Notes under the pieces: generated by a model | What the model was told of the DNA's origin: nothing | Seen by the model: only the letters and a program-made list of their open reading frames with translations | The model's database searches: none | Part shown: positions 48,475 to 58,397 of the stretch, piece after piece | Layout of the letters: each line of letters begins with the position of its first letter | Numbering within the stretch: position 1 is the stretch's first letter | Translations under genes and position numbers: made by a program | DNA from: Parcubacteria group bacterium GW2011_GWA1_40_21 | GTDB taxonomy: Bacteria; Patescibacteriota; Minisyncoccia; Phycocordibacterales; GWA1-40-21 | NCBI GenBank assembly: GCA_000996205.1 | Contig: LBYO01000004.1 | Location: forward strand, 4,051 to 68,050 | Direction of reading: 5' to 3' | DNA length: 64,000 nt

Positions 48475-49734
48475 TTATTTCAAATAGTCATCCGCAAAAT
48501 CACGGAGGCCGCCTTCTTTCACTTTTGAAACCTTGCCGCCGCTCCTCTCTTTAATCTCAAAGAGTCCTTCGTCCAAAGTCTTCTTGCTTATTATGAGCCG
48601 GAGAGGTATCCCTATCAAATCCGAGTCTTTGAATTTTTCCCCCGCCCGCAAGTCCCTGTCGTCAAAAAGAACTTCCAACCCGCGACTATTGAGCGCGGAG
48701 TATATCCGTTCAGAAACTTTTCTGACTTCCCCGCTCTCGCCCCCGATTTCCACGAGATGAATGTCAAACGGCGCGACTCTCTTCGGCCAGACTAAGCCCT
48801 CTTTGTCGGAGAGGACTTCCGCGATCGTTCCGATGAGCCTCGTCGGGCCGAGTCCATAGCTTCCCATTACGACAAATTTTTCTTTTCCTTCTTCGTCAAG
48901 ATACGCGAGATTCAACGCTTCCGAAAATCTAACGCCTAAATTGAAAATATTGCCGACTTCCACGGATTTTTTCTTTTTTAAATCGGAAGATTGGCAATTA
49001 CCGCACGCTTTTTTACTTTCAAGAACCTCGTCGTTAATCGCGATTTTGCATCCCTCGCAGACATATATCGTATCTTCTCCTGCTTCCGTAATCGTCTGGA
49101 ATTCGTCCGAATATTTGCTGAAAGTCCCGCCGGAAGCGGAAGTGATGTAAGTCGTCTCTCCTATGCCAACCTTATCAAATACATTCATATAAGCAAGCTT
49201 GGCTTTTTCGTAAAACAAGCTGTGCTCTTTCTCATCTCTGGAAAAGGAGTAAAGGTCTTTCATCAGAAATTCTCGCCCTCTCATAATTCCGCTTTTCGCC
49301 CGCGTTTCGTTTCTGAATTTCGTCTGTATCTGATACGGATAGAGAGGCAAATCTCTAAACGATCTTATGTGATTTTTCATAAGCGCGGTCAAGGGCTCTT
49401 CGTGGGTAAAGCCGAGTCCGAGCTCCGCGCCGCTTTTGAGCTTCGTCTTAAACCAATTATCCACCACGGCATCGTCCCATCGTCCGGTCTTCTCCCAAAG
49501 TTCTCTGTCTTGAAGCGCGGCCAAAAGAATTTCCTGCCCGCCGATGGCATTCATCTCTTCGCGAATCACGCCGTTCACTTTATTTAAAACGCGGAGACCA
49601 AGCGGCAGAAATGAGTAAACTCCCGCCATTTCTTTGTGGATAAAGCCGGCGCGGATAAGAAGCTCGGCATTTCTAGAAACTTCGTCTTTCGGCGCCTCTT
49701 TCCGCGTTTTGCTTAATAGTTGGGATTGCCTCAT
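48475..49734 (-). CDS. proS: prolyl-tRNA synthetase
   Basis: 'MRQSQLLSKTRKEAPKDEVSRNAELLIRAGFI…YSFLPLG' with class II motifs. The longest ORF extends to 49770. Confidence 0.85.
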   Translation of the reverse strand: MRQSQLLSKTRKEAPKDEVSRNAELLIRAGFIHKEMAGVYSFLPLGLRVLNKVNGVIREEMNAIGGQEILLAALQDRELWEKTGRWDDAVVDNWFKTKLKSGAELGLGFTHEEPLTALMKNHIRSFRDLPLYPYQIQTKFRNETRAKSGIMRGREFLMKDLYSFSRDEKEHSLFYEKAKLAYMNVFDKVGIGETTYITSASGGTFSKYSDEFQTITEAGEDTIYVCEGCKIAINDEVLESKKACGNCQSSDLKKKKSVEVGNIFNLGVRFSEALNLAYLDEEGKEKFVVMGSYGLGPTRLIGTIAEVLSDKEGLVWPKRVAPFDIHLVEIGGESGEVRKVSERIYSALNSRGLEVLFDDRDLRAGEKFKDSDLIGIPLRLIISKKTLDEGLFEIKERSGGKVSKVKEGGLRDFADDYLK

Positions 49735-49840
49735 AGCCGAAATGATACAGGAAAAAAACACCGCGGTCAAAAATTATATTTTTCTCAACAAAAAATAAAA
49801 AAGGACCGGAAGGATAACTCCAACCGGTCCGCATCATGAT

Positions 49841-50308
49841 TTACTTCTCTTTATATTCTTTCAGAATATTTAAGAATAAGTATTGCTTTGCGCTGTAAGC
49901 ATAACCTCGCATTAAGTCCCTCATTCCTCTATATTCCTCCTCGTACCCAAAGTTAAATGAGAAACGATTTGCCCACCAATAATAGCGCCACCCCTCCACG
50001 TCAACGAACTCTCTCCAGTACTCGGGATTGAACTGAATCAGCTTTGCGCTGTATCCGCGACCGGCAGAGGTTACGGCTACACGAACCGGTCTAATGTCCA
50101 CTCGAGCCACTCCAACCCATAGTGGAGTTAAATGTATACCGCCATTTTTTTGCGCCCACATTTTGCCGGAAATATGATTCCTTGCAATTCCTATTTCGGT
50201 CGGCTCCGTGCAGTTTACAAAACCAATGTAAAATAAAAAACACAACACCAGAAAGATTGTTATTCCTGCAACCCACTTCTTCTTGAAGATACCGAAATAG
50301 GTATTCAT
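49841..50308 (-). CDS. hypothetical membrane-anchored protein (paralog 1)
   Basis: 155 aa. Shares 'LTPxxxxVxRxDxRP…AKLxxFxP…FV…GW' with the upstream gene. SPFH-like, but only weakly. Confidence 0.4.
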   Translation of the reverse strand: MNTYFGIFKKKWVAGITIFLVLCFLFYIGFVNCTEPTEIGIARNHISGKMWAQKNGGIHLTPLWVGVARVDIRPVRVAVTSAGRGYSAKLIQFNPEYWREFVDVEGWRYYWWANRFSFNFGYEEEYRGMRDLMRGYAYSAKQYLFLNILKEYKEK

Positions 50309-50820
50309 TTTTTCTCCTCAATGTCGATGGCGGGTAACTCTTGAGCTCCCTGATTCGGAGCGATTACCTGGATGACCTTCAGAAATGGACAATCTTTGCC
50401 TTCTGCCATATCAAAGGCGTAGCACTTCAAAATTTCTAGCAGATTTTTTGTATAGTCACCAGCGTTGCGACCGTGCCATTCCACAAATGTCGCCAGCCCC
50501 TTTGGATCAAATCTTACAAGTTTGGCGTTCAGCACGCGTTGATTGACGCTGATGGTCAGCTGGTATGGACGCAAATCGATTCTGTGCACACTATATCTAA
50601 TCGGAGTCAGAACGACCCACCCTGTGTGATCTATCGCTTCAATCTCGCCGGTCTTTCGGTCAAAACTGAACGCCAACTGATGTTTGTCCACATTGGTCAC
50701 CCATAAAGCCCTCCAGATCAATAAACCGAAAAAACTCGCAACCAGACATAAAATAACAATACCTCCGCATGTCTTAAGTATGCTATCCTTTCCTTCACCA
50801 CCTTCTTTTTTCTCACTCAT
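50305..50820 (-). CDS. hypothetical membrane-anchored protein (paralog 2)
   Basis: 171 aa. Paralogous to 49841..50308, with a 4-nt overlap. Confidence 0.4.
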   Translation of the reverse strand: MSEKKEGGEGKDSILKTCGGIVILCLVASFFGLLIWRALWVTNVDKHQLAFSFDRKTGEIEAIDHTGWVVLTPIRYSVHRIDLRPYQLTISVNQRVLNAKLVRFDPKGLATFVEWHGRNAGDYTKNLLEILKCYAFDMAEGKDCPFLKVIQVIAPNQGAQELPAIDIEEKK

Positions 50821-51036
50821 CTCAATCTCCTTTCGTGTTTGTTTTTTCCTAGAATTCTGCTAGGTCAGACACCTTTTCAAGGTATTCTACTGTAGATTAT
50901 TCACATATTATTACTTCTGTCAAGCTTTTTTGGAGGAATAAGAATTTTGCGATTCAAAAGATTTCCTCGATTAAAGAATATTAACAGAACGATTAGTCTA
51001 GCTTATAAAATCAGCTAAGTAGAAAATTCCAAATTC

Positions 51037-52125
51037 CTAAAACATCTTAACGATATCTTTGTAGGTCACGACGAGCATTAGGAGAATAAGCAGAGCTAAT
51101 CCTGCGCCGTTTAAAGCATTGGCGATTTTCGGACTAATCGCGCGTCTTCTCACCGCTTCAATGGCGACAAAAAGAAGCCGTCCGCCGTCAAGAGCCGGAA
51201 AAGGGATAATGTTTATGACGGCGAGATTTATTGAAATAAACGCGGCAAAGCTCATCAAGTAGACGATGCCTAAAGTTGACGCTTCCCCGACGAGCCCGAC
51301 AATTCCGACCGGTCCGGAAATTTGAGAAAAATCCGCCTTGCCTCTGAACGCGTCAAAGACAAAATGGTAGAGTCCGATTGCCACATTTTCAGTCGTAGCG
51401 CCCGTAAGCTTGGCTCCTTCATATAATGCCTTACGCGCCGAAAGTTTTACAATGCCAACCGTATCCATAGCTATACCGATAGCTTTTCTTCCTTCAATAA
51501 GCCCTTCGGACGCCGTGACGATCGCGGTTTTCAATTCATTGCCCCGCTTGTAATCTATCTTTATCGCACCGCCGCTGTTCGCAATGAAATTTTGTACCTC
51601 AGCAACATCGGCGGTGCTTATTTTCTTGCCGCTTGACTCCAGAGATATTATGGTTTCCCCGCCGACAAACCCAGCCGAGCGGGCAGGCGAATCCGCCTGC
51701 GCCGCGATTATAATTATATGCGGGTCTTTTACATATGAAGCGTACGAATCGCGCACGGAAGTCGTAAGTCCAGACATAAAAGAAATGGACAAGACAATCC
51801 ACGCGAACAAAATATTAAAGGTGATTCCGGACACGAGCACCGCCGCCTGTTTCAGCCTAGAGGCATTTACGAAACTTCTCGCGCTGTCCGGTCCGGCCAT
51901 TGATTCTTCATTGGGATTTTCGCCGAATATTTTGACATAGCCTCCGAAAGGAATTGAATTTATGGCGTAAGTCGTCTCGCCGTATTTCTTGCTCCAAATT
52001 TTGGGCGGAAAACCAATGGCGAATTCATCCACTCTGATTCCGAATTTCTTGGCAACGATAAAATGCCCCAGCTCATGGACAAAGATAAGCGCCGCAAGTA
52101 TTAATAAAAAAATTATGATTGACAT
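51037..52125 (-). CDS. rseP: RIP metalloprotease RseP (site-2 protease, M50)
   Basis: 'HELGHFIVAKKFG' (HExxH) and a C-terminal 'LNLAVINIIPFPALDGG' motif, with a PDZ region. Confidence 0.85.
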   Translation of the reverse strand: MSIIIFLLILAALIFVHELGHFIVAKKFGIRVDEFAIGFPPKIWSKKYGETTYAINSIPFGGYVKIFGENPNEESMAGPDSARSFVNASRLKQAAVLVSGITFNILFAWIVLSISFMSGLTTSVRDSYASYVKDPHIIIIAAQADSPARSAGFVGGETIISLESSGKKISTADVAEVQNFIANSGGAIKIDYKRGNELKTAIVTASEGLIEGRKAIGIAMDTVGIVKLSARKALYEGAKLTGATTENVAIGLYHFVFDAFRGKADFSQISGPVGIVGLVGEASTLGIVYLMSFAAFISINLAVINIIPFPALDGGRLLFVAIEAVRRRAISPKIANALNGAGLALLILLMLVVTYKDIVKMF

Positions 52126-52304
52126 GTTTGTTGGGAATTAGGTTTTAGGTTTTAGGTTTTAGGTGGTAGGTTGTAGGAAGAGAAAGAGGTTGTAGGTTTA
52201 AGAAATTTGGATTTGATTAGAAATTAGGTCAATAGAAATTTAATCGCCTTTTCTTCTTTTCCCTTCTTCCCTACCACCTACCACCTAAAACCCACAACCT
52301 TCTT

Positions 52305-52856
52305 TCAGGACATTATCTCCTTGTCTTTCTTCGCCACGACTTCTTCCAGTTTCTTGCTCGCGTCGTCAATAATTTTCTGCATTTCGGTCTTTAATCTGAA
52401 TTTGTCGTCTTCCCCCATCTCCCCATCTCTCTCCTTCTTCTGGATTTCGCTCCACACTTCATCGCGAGCGGAGCGAAGCGATACTCTGGCTTCTTCAAGC
52501 TTGGCGTTGGCGACTTTGACCAAAGCTGTTCTTCTTTCGGTTGTCAGCTCTGGAAACAGCACGCGAAGACCTTTTTCGTCCGCTCTGATTGAAACTCCAA
52601 GATTCGCCAAAGTAATAGCCTTTTCAATAGCCGCCACCTGCGAAATATCCCAGGGAGAAACGCGGAGAGATCTGGCGTCTTCTATGCTTACGCTCGCCAT
52701 CTCCTTTATGCCCATTCTACTTCCGTAAGACTCCACGACAACACTATCAAGAAGCGCCGGCGCCGCCATCCCCGTCCTTATGCCGGTGTATTCTTTCTTC
52801 AGCCACTCTTCCACTTCTTTTGTCTTGCTTTTTAATTTTGAAAAATCGTACAACAT
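52305..52856 (-). CDS. frr: ribosome recycling factor
   Basis: 183 aa. '…VRIPELTEERR…' is matched by 'LRVLFPELTTERRTALVK'. Confidence 0.9.
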   Translation of the reverse strand: MLYDFSKLKSKTKEVEEWLKKEYTGIRTGMAAPALLDSVVVESYGSRMGIKEMASVSIEDARSLRVSPWDISQVAAIEKAITLANLGVSIRADEKGLRVLFPELTTERRTALVKVANAKLEEARVSLRSARDEVWSEIQKKERDGEMGEDDKFRLKTEMQKIIDDASKKLEEVVAKKDKEIMS

Positions 52857-53072
52857 ATTTTTATATTTTTATATTTTTATATTTTTAATCCTGCTAATTT
52901 TTTATTGATTTCAATGATAACATCGTCTGTTTAAAAAACCAACACAGCGCGCGCAGCGCGCTCAAGTTGAAAGTCTATAAAGTTATCGAGTTTATAAAGT
53001 TTCAGAAATATTTCCGATATTATTAATCAGCCTCTCGTCCCCACTTTATGGGCTTTATGAACTTGACGGACT

Positions 53073-53810
53073 TTATACTATAAGCGCTATATGCTCAAGA
53101 AGCATCTTTACGGAAGGCGACCTGTCGCCGGCATAATTCCGGCATTTATCTATTTCTTCAAAAATAAACAGATTTTTTTTCTTTTCTTCGCTTGAACCAG
53201 ACTTATTCAAAATTTCCTTTTCAACATCGTTCAGAAAATCCACAGCAACCGACCTGCTTATTTCTTCATCGGCGATTTTGTCAGTTATTTTTTTCACCAT
53301 TGCCAACCGTTCGCCCGCCACTGATTCAATGAATTTTTTCGCGTCAAAAATGTTTTCTGATTTTTCAGATTTTTCGTCTCCACCGAATCCTGCTCCTTGA
53401 TTCAAATTCACGACCATCATCCTTGACCGGAGCGTCGGCAAAAGGATGCTTGCCGAGGAAATTATCAGGAAAAATACCGCCCCGCCCGCCGGCTCCTCAA
53501 ACATTTTGAGAAGTGAGTTTTGCGTTTCTCTCGTTATGAAATTCGCCGCTATCGCGAAAATTCTTCGGGGCGCCGACACAGCTTTTCTTGACTGCATTTC
53601 GTTGATTGACCTCCCTTCGTCAATACCCAAAGTGTCAAAAGCGCCGTAATAAAAATCAGGGTTGCCTTTGATCTTGAATTTCAAAATATTTTCCAAAAAT
53701 TCCCTTAATTCATTCAAAATATCTTCGCGCTTCCCTTCCAAGCAATAAGCGTGATGAAGTTTTTCCACTGAATCAGGAAGAACTGATTTCAAATCCAAAA
53801 CTTTGTTCAT
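53073..53810 (-). CDS. holB: DNA polymerase III delta-prime-like clamp-loader subunit
   Basis: 'NSLLKMFEEPAGGAVFFLI' and '[12 protein letters not shown]' (sensor/SRC-like motifs), with no intact P-loop. Confidence 0.65.
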   Translation of the reverse strand: MNKVLDLKSVLPDSVEKLHHAYCLEGKREDILNELREFLENILKFKIKGNPDFYYGAFDTLGIDEGRSINEMQSRKAVSAPRRIFAIAANFITRETQNSLLKMFEEPAGGAVFFLIISSASILLPTLRSRMMVVNLNQGAGFGGDEKSEKSENIFDAKKFIESVAGERLAMVKKITDKIADEEISRSVAVDFLNDVEKEILNKSGSSEEKKKNLFIFEEIDKCRNYAGDRSPSVKMLLEHIALIV

Positions 53811-53860
53811 TTAAAAATTATAGACCATACGGCAAACAAAGAGCAAATGAGTTGAAGAAG

Positions 53861-53924
53861 GTGGTAGGTGGTAGGTGGTAGGTGGTAGGTGGTAGGTGGT
53901 AGGTGGTAGGTGGTAGGTGGTAGG
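53861..53924. repeat. heptamer microsatellite (ggtaggt)x9
   Basis: A perfect tandem array ~50 bp upstream of the holB start. It is related to the family-B motif aggttgtaggtggtagg. Confidence 0.85.
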
Positions 53925-54437
53925 AAAAAAATAGGAAGAGAAGGTTGGTTTTGGATATGGTATAAAGTTTGGAATGATGAAACTCGCCGAGTTGCGTCAT
54001 TATTCAAAATAAAAAAGAGACTTCAGTCGCGCAAACAAACTGAAGTCTCTTATATTTTAACCGGGGGGAACTATATCGTAGCAATTACCGACAGTGGAAA
54101 CTCCTCTCTCAAACTGGGAACTCGTATTATAAAGTGTGGCCGGTAATGACCGCTTAACTTGTCGCTGTAAGCGATTGTTGGAGCTCGTCTTGAAATTTTT
54201 ATATTCTGCCTTAATTTTTTATCTACTTCTTTTCTCCTTCTTGGCATTTTATTCTCCTAAATGTTTAAAAATAAAAGAAAAAATAACAGAATTAAAACGG
54301 AAACATTGTCCTCCTTCCCATTGCTAACCAGCGCTAATAAAGTACGAAGCTAAAGAAATAATATACTAAACTGGCAAGAAGTCAATACCATGTTGGTAAT
54401 CTGTTGAATTTATGCTAGTGTTTTAGACACATCTTAT

Positions 54438-54522
54438 GCCGAGGTGGCGAAATTGGTAGACGTACTTGCCTTAGGAGCAAGCGGGGTAACCCATGGAGGT
54501 TCGAGTCCTCTCCTCGGCACCA
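54438..54522 (+). tRNA. tRNA-Leu (anticodon UAG)
   Basis: Acceptor gccgagg/cctcggc, anticodon loop ctTAGga, a long variable arm, T-arm ggttcgagtcc, and an encoded CCA. Confidence 0.9.
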
Positions 54523-54622
54523 CGAATCTGCGAGTGGGCAGAGGAAGCCCCGAAGAACATCGGGACGTGAGGACTCGAATGTCCTCTCCTCAGCAAAAAT
54601 TTGTAGTACAATATAAAAAAAC

Positions 54623-54706
54623 GCCCAGGTGGTGAAATTGGTAGACACGCAGGCCTCAGAAGCTTGTGGAAGCAATTCCTTGGAGGTTCGAGTCCTCTCC
54701 TGGGCA
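54623..54706 (+). tRNA. tRNA-Leu (anticodon CAG)
   Basis: Acceptor gcccagg/cctgggc, anticodon loop ctCAGaa, a long variable arm, T-arm ggttcgagtcc. CCA is not encoded. Confidence 0.85.
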
Positions 54707-54878
54707 CAAAGTTAGTCCACTAAATTTGTGACCAGGAAATGAGCAAACTGCTTTGCTCGTGTGAGAAATTGATGAATTGAAAATTTATCTCCATAAAACC
54801 TAACACCTACAACCTACAACCTAATCTGTTGGATTTATTCTCATTTTTGATATAGAATTACAAAGTTAAATAAACAAT

Positions 54879-56453
54879 ATGGTATCACCGCAAATCGCTA
54901 GATTGTTGGAAAGTTTGAAACAAACCGCCGACAAAGACGATATAGCCAACAAAGACGAATTTTATGTCAAAGTCAACGAGCTCGCCAAAAAAGCGGGTAT
55001 GTTTTACGAAAAAATCCGCTATCTGATTGATTACAAGGAGGAGCACACGATCCGCCGAAACGCGATTCAAAGAATTTTAAAAAGAAATCTTTTTTTCAAG
55101 ACCGAAGGAAAGGTCGCCCAACTTCTCATTCATGAACTTATAAGAGGCGGGTACCTTGAAAGCGGCAGTTTTTCAGAAAACAGAATTTCTTATGTTCAAG
55201 GAATAATAGACAAATTTTTGTCTCTCCAAAATTCTTTGGCTTCCGTGGCAGGAGGAGATTTGGCGACCAATAAGAAAATAATAGGCCTCGTGGCGAGTGA
55301 AATAGAAATTTATCTATTCGGCAGTAAGATTGAAGAGTCGGTCTTTATCGCCTTTTACGAGACTGTCAGGAACGATATAAAACTTTCTCAAATCCCGATA
55401 AGCGAAGACGACAAAGACGCGCAAATATACATTGCGTGCTTGAGAAGCCTTCTGAAAACCGACGAGCAAACAATCGCTTACCGATTATGGATAAGGCTTT
55501 TGCCTAATTGGATTAACATTAAAGACGGTTCGGAAATTCAGATTGTCGCAAAAAGTTTCTCATCTATCCAATCCAAGATAACCGCGAATCTTGACGACAA
55601 TCTTAGTTGGAGAATTGCTCGGAAATTAAAAAATCAGGCCATATATTTCAACCTCATAAAAGAGATCGTAGAGCGTTACGGGGCCGATTCCGAACAAATT
55701 CTTAATAATCCGGCTTCTCTGGAAAAGCAAGCGAAAAATATTCTGGAGAGCAAATACAAAAAAGAAAACGGCCGAATTCGCAAAAGCGCCTTTAGGGCGA
55801 TAATTTATATTTTATTCACCAAAACTATTTTGGCTTTCATCTTGGAACTGCCGTATGACCTTGCGATATTGGGGAAAATTTATTATCCGGCTCTGATAAT
55901 AAATGTGGCTTTCCACCCCGTATTTCTTTTCCTCGTCACATATACGATAAAACCGTTGGGAGAAAAAAATACCGGCCTTATAATTTCCGGACTCAACACC
56001 GTCATTTATGACAATGCTATGTCGTCCATCCAAATCAGGGGCAAAAAGACTAAAAATTTTCTGTATTTCCTGTTTTTAATTTTATACGGATTTATATTTC
56101 TGCTGACTTTCGGAGCGGTCGTGTTCATCCTCAATAAGCTCAATTTTAATTTTATGAGCATGCTTCTTTTTATTTTTTTCCTGACTTTGGTCGCTTATTT
56201 CGGACTGCGCATAAGATACATTGCGAAGAATTGGACGGCCAGCTCCAACAAAGAAAGAACGCTTCGCTTTTTAGGCAATATCTTAGTTATGCCGATAGTG
56301 GAAGTCGGGAGATGGCTAAGTCAGAAATTTGAAGGTATCAATATCTTGGTCTTTATTATGGATTTCATCATAGAAACCCCATTCAAGGCAATGCTCAGCG
56401 TGTTTGACTCATTCATCTCATTTCTCAAGGAAAAGAGAGAGGAGATGTATTGA
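54879..56453 (+). CDS. hypothetical polytopic membrane protein
   Basis: 524 aa: a ~300-aa soluble N-terminal region followed by ~6 TM helices. Confidence 0.45.
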   Translation: MVSPQIARLLESLKQTADKDDIANKDEFYVKVNELAKKAGMFYEKIRYLIDYKEEHTIRRNAIQRILKRNLFFKTEGKVAQLLIHELIRGGYLESGSFSENRISYVQGIIDKFLSLQNSLASVAGGDLATNKKIIGLVASEIEIYLFGSKIEESVFIAFYETVRNDIKLSQIPISEDDKDAQIYIACLRSLLKTDEQTIAYRLWIRLLPNWINIKDGSEIQIVAKSFSSIQSKITANLDDNLSWRIARKLKNQAIYFNLIKEIVERYGADSEQILNNPASLEKQAKNILESKYKKENGRIRKSAFRAIIYILFTKTILAFILELPYDLAILGKIYYPALIINVAFHPVFLFLVTYTIKPLGEKNTGLIISGLNTVIYDNAMSSIQIRGKKTKNFLYFLFLILYGFIFLLTFGAVVFILNKLNFNFMSMLLFIFFLTLVAYFGLRIRYIAKNWTASSNKERTLRFLGNILVMPIVEVGRWLSQKFEGINILVFIMDFIIETPFKAMLSVFDSFISFLKEKREEMY

Positions 56454-56534
56454 ACGACTCAAATTGCGCGATTCGGTCAAAGATATTAGAATGAAGCAAT
56501 TAAAATTATGCAAATAAATAACACATATAGCAAT

Positions 56535-57854
56535 ATGAAAAAAATTAAATTGAATGCCATTTTGGTCTTGTTTTTAGGTATTTTTGCCGCGGGCATATCA
56601 AATACGGCGCAGACAGCTTCAGCAAAATCTTCCGAGGACAGATTTGATAAAATCCCAGGACAATACATAGTCGTCTTAAAGGATAAAGGGGCTGACACCG
56701 ATTCGGAAACGGACAATACCGCCAAAGCCCATAAACTGGAACGTATCCACACTTATAATCGCGCGATAAAAGGATTCGCGGCAAGAATAAATGAAGCCGA
56801 ATTGGAAAAAATCAAAAACGACCCTCGCGTTGAATTTGTGGCGGAAGACAGAGCGGTTTATATTTCCAATCCCGCGTTTGGAAGCGAATCTTCGAACAAA
56901 GCTTCTTCCGTTTCCAAAAAGCCGGCGCCGCAGACACAGCCTCCGCAGACTGTTCCGACGGGGATTGACCGCGTCAATGCCGAGAACTTGCTTAACAAAG
57001 GTGCCGGTATCGGCGTGGCTGTCATAGACACAGGCATTGAGCTTTCTCATCCCGACCTAAAGGGAAATATCATAGCCAATAAAAATTGCCTTTCCAGCGT
57101 AAAAAACGGCAATGACGACAACGGCCACGGAACTCATACGGCGGGAACAATCGCCGCGCTTGATAACAATATCGGAGTTGTCGGCGCGGCGCCGGAAGCG
57201 AAATTGATAGCGGTAAAAGTTTTAAACCGAAATGGGTCGGGAACTTGGTCGTCAGTAATATGCGGAATTGATTGGGTAACGGCAAACGCGGCCAAATACA
57301 ACATAAAAGTCGCCAATATGAGTTTGGGCGGAGCCGGAGCGAGCGACAATAATTGCGGAAGCACAAACAATGATCCTCTTCATAAGGCCATCTGCAATTC
57401 CAGAGACGCCGGCGTCACTTATGTGGTCGCCGCCGGAAATGAAAACAAATCGGCAAGCCTTTCTGTGCCAGCCTCTTATGACGATGCCGTGATCACCGTT
57501 TCCGCTCTGGCTGATTCTGACGGCGCTCTGGGCGGATTGGGATCCCCTACTCTATACGGAGCCGACGACACATTCGCGACTTTCAGCAATTTTGGAAATA
57601 TAGTGGATTTGGGAGCTCCCGGGGTTGACATCTACTCAACATACATAGGCGGCAAATACGCGACCCTTAGCGGAACAAGTATGGCCGCGCCTCATGTGTC
57701 TGGTGTCGCGACTCTCTATATAAAAAATAATCCGTCTTCAACATGGGACCAAGTAAGAGATGTTTTGAAAGCGTTGGCGGAAAATCTCGGCTTCGGACAC
57801 ACCGACCCGTCCGACCTTCATTCTGAACCTGTTGTAAGAGCAGACAGTCTTTAA
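56535..57854 (+). CDS. secreted subtilisin-like serine protease (S8) with an I9 propeptide
   Basis: 'VAVIDTGI' (Asp), 'HGTHTAGTIAA' (His) and 'GTSMAAPHVSG' (Ser). Signal peptide MKKIKLNAILVLFLGIFAAGIS. The longest ORF starts at 56508. Confidence 0.85.
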   Translation: MKKIKLNAILVLFLGIFAAGISNTAQTASAKSSEDRFDKIPGQYIVVLKDKGADTDSETDNTAKAHKLERIHTYNRAIKGFAARINEAELEKIKNDPRVEFVAEDRAVYISNPAFGSESSNKASSVSKKPAPQTQPPQTVPTGIDRVNAENLLNKGAGIGVAVIDTGIELSHPDLKGNIIANKNCLSSVKNGNDDNGHGTHTAGTIAALDNNIGVVGAAPEAKLIAVKVLNRNGSGTWSSVICGIDWVTANAAKYNIKVANMSLGGAGASDNNCGSTNNDPLHKAICNSRDAGVTYVVAAGNENKSASLSVPASYDDAVITVSALADSDGALGGLGSPTLYGADDTFATFSNFGNIVDLGAPGVDIYSTYIGGKYATLSGTSMAAPHVSGVATLYIKNNPSSTWDQVRDVLKALAENLGFGHTDPSDLHSEPVVRADSL

Positions 57855-57884
57855 TTTTAAACGCCTTGAAATTGTAAAATGGTA

Positions 57885-57990
57885 CCCCAAATTGCGAAAT
57901 GCAAAAATTCAGGTCCTCGGGCAGCAAAAGCTGTTTGCTTTTAAATGTTTTTGCTCAGCCAGACCGTAAATTTTTGCATTTCGTAATTCG
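57885..57990. repeat. MITE-like palindromic element, copy B (inverted relative to A and C)
   Basis: Reverse complement of the copy-A/C sequence. Flanked by near-identical 8-bp aaatggta on both sides, a candidate target-site duplication. Confidence 0.6.
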
Positions 57991-58052
57991 GAAATGGTAT
58001 ACAAAATCTGCTATCGCTGAAAATGTGCACCCTTTCAAAAAATAAATAAATT

Positions 58053-58079
58053 AGAGGTGGGATAAAAATCCCACCTCTA
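58053..58079. terminator. Rho-independent terminator hairpin agaggtgggat-aaaa-atcccacctct
   Basis: 11-bp stem between the convergent subtilisin gene and the 58102..58392 gene, with A/T runs on both sides. Confidence 0.55.
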
Positions 58080-58101
58080 TTATGTAAATTCATCATCATT
58101 A

Positions 58102-58392
58102 TTAAAACTTGATAGCGCCGCCTCCCATCGTTTGGCACACAGGACAACACCTTAGATGATCCCTAATTCTGCACAAATGACGAGGTTTTATATACTTCTC
58201 GCCATAAGGTAAAATTCCAAAAAAGGGCGTTATTTCTTTACAAGTCGGAATCTCCCTTTTCTGCCACGGTCTTTTAAACGGAATCGCAGCCCCCGTCTCA
58301 ATCAATTTTCTTGCCTTTTCGCCGTATTTCATCTTCCCCCCTATCAAAATTCTGAATTTTATGGAACTAAAAACTTTTAAAGAGACTAGCAC
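58102..58392 (-). CDS. hypothetical small Cys-rich (zinc-ribbon-like) protein
   Basis: 96 aa. The C-terminal 'CRIRDHLRCCPVCQTMGG' is zinc-ribbon-like. Confidence 0.35.
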   Translation of the reverse strand: MLVSLKVFSSIKFRILIGGKMKYGEKARKLIETGAAIPFKRPWQKREIPTCKEITPFFGILPYGEKYIKPRHLCRIRDHLRCCPVCQTMGGGAIKF

Positions 58393-58397
58393 GCATT

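Noticed and set aside
53807-54007. Minus-strand ORFs translating as (PPTTYHL)n
   Set aside because: This is an artefact of reading through the (ggtaggt)9 microsatellite. No start context and no coding signal outside the repeat.
53936-54437. RNase P RNA, tmRNA or SRP RNA in the ~500-bp gene-free stretch upstream of the tRNA-Leu genes
   Set aside because: I found no P4-like (agggcaggaaa / acagaaac) motif, no tRNA-like acceptor/T-arm pairing and no SRP domain-IV motif. The small ORFs here (53910..54146, 54136..54327) have no coding features. The region remains unassigned rather than annotated.
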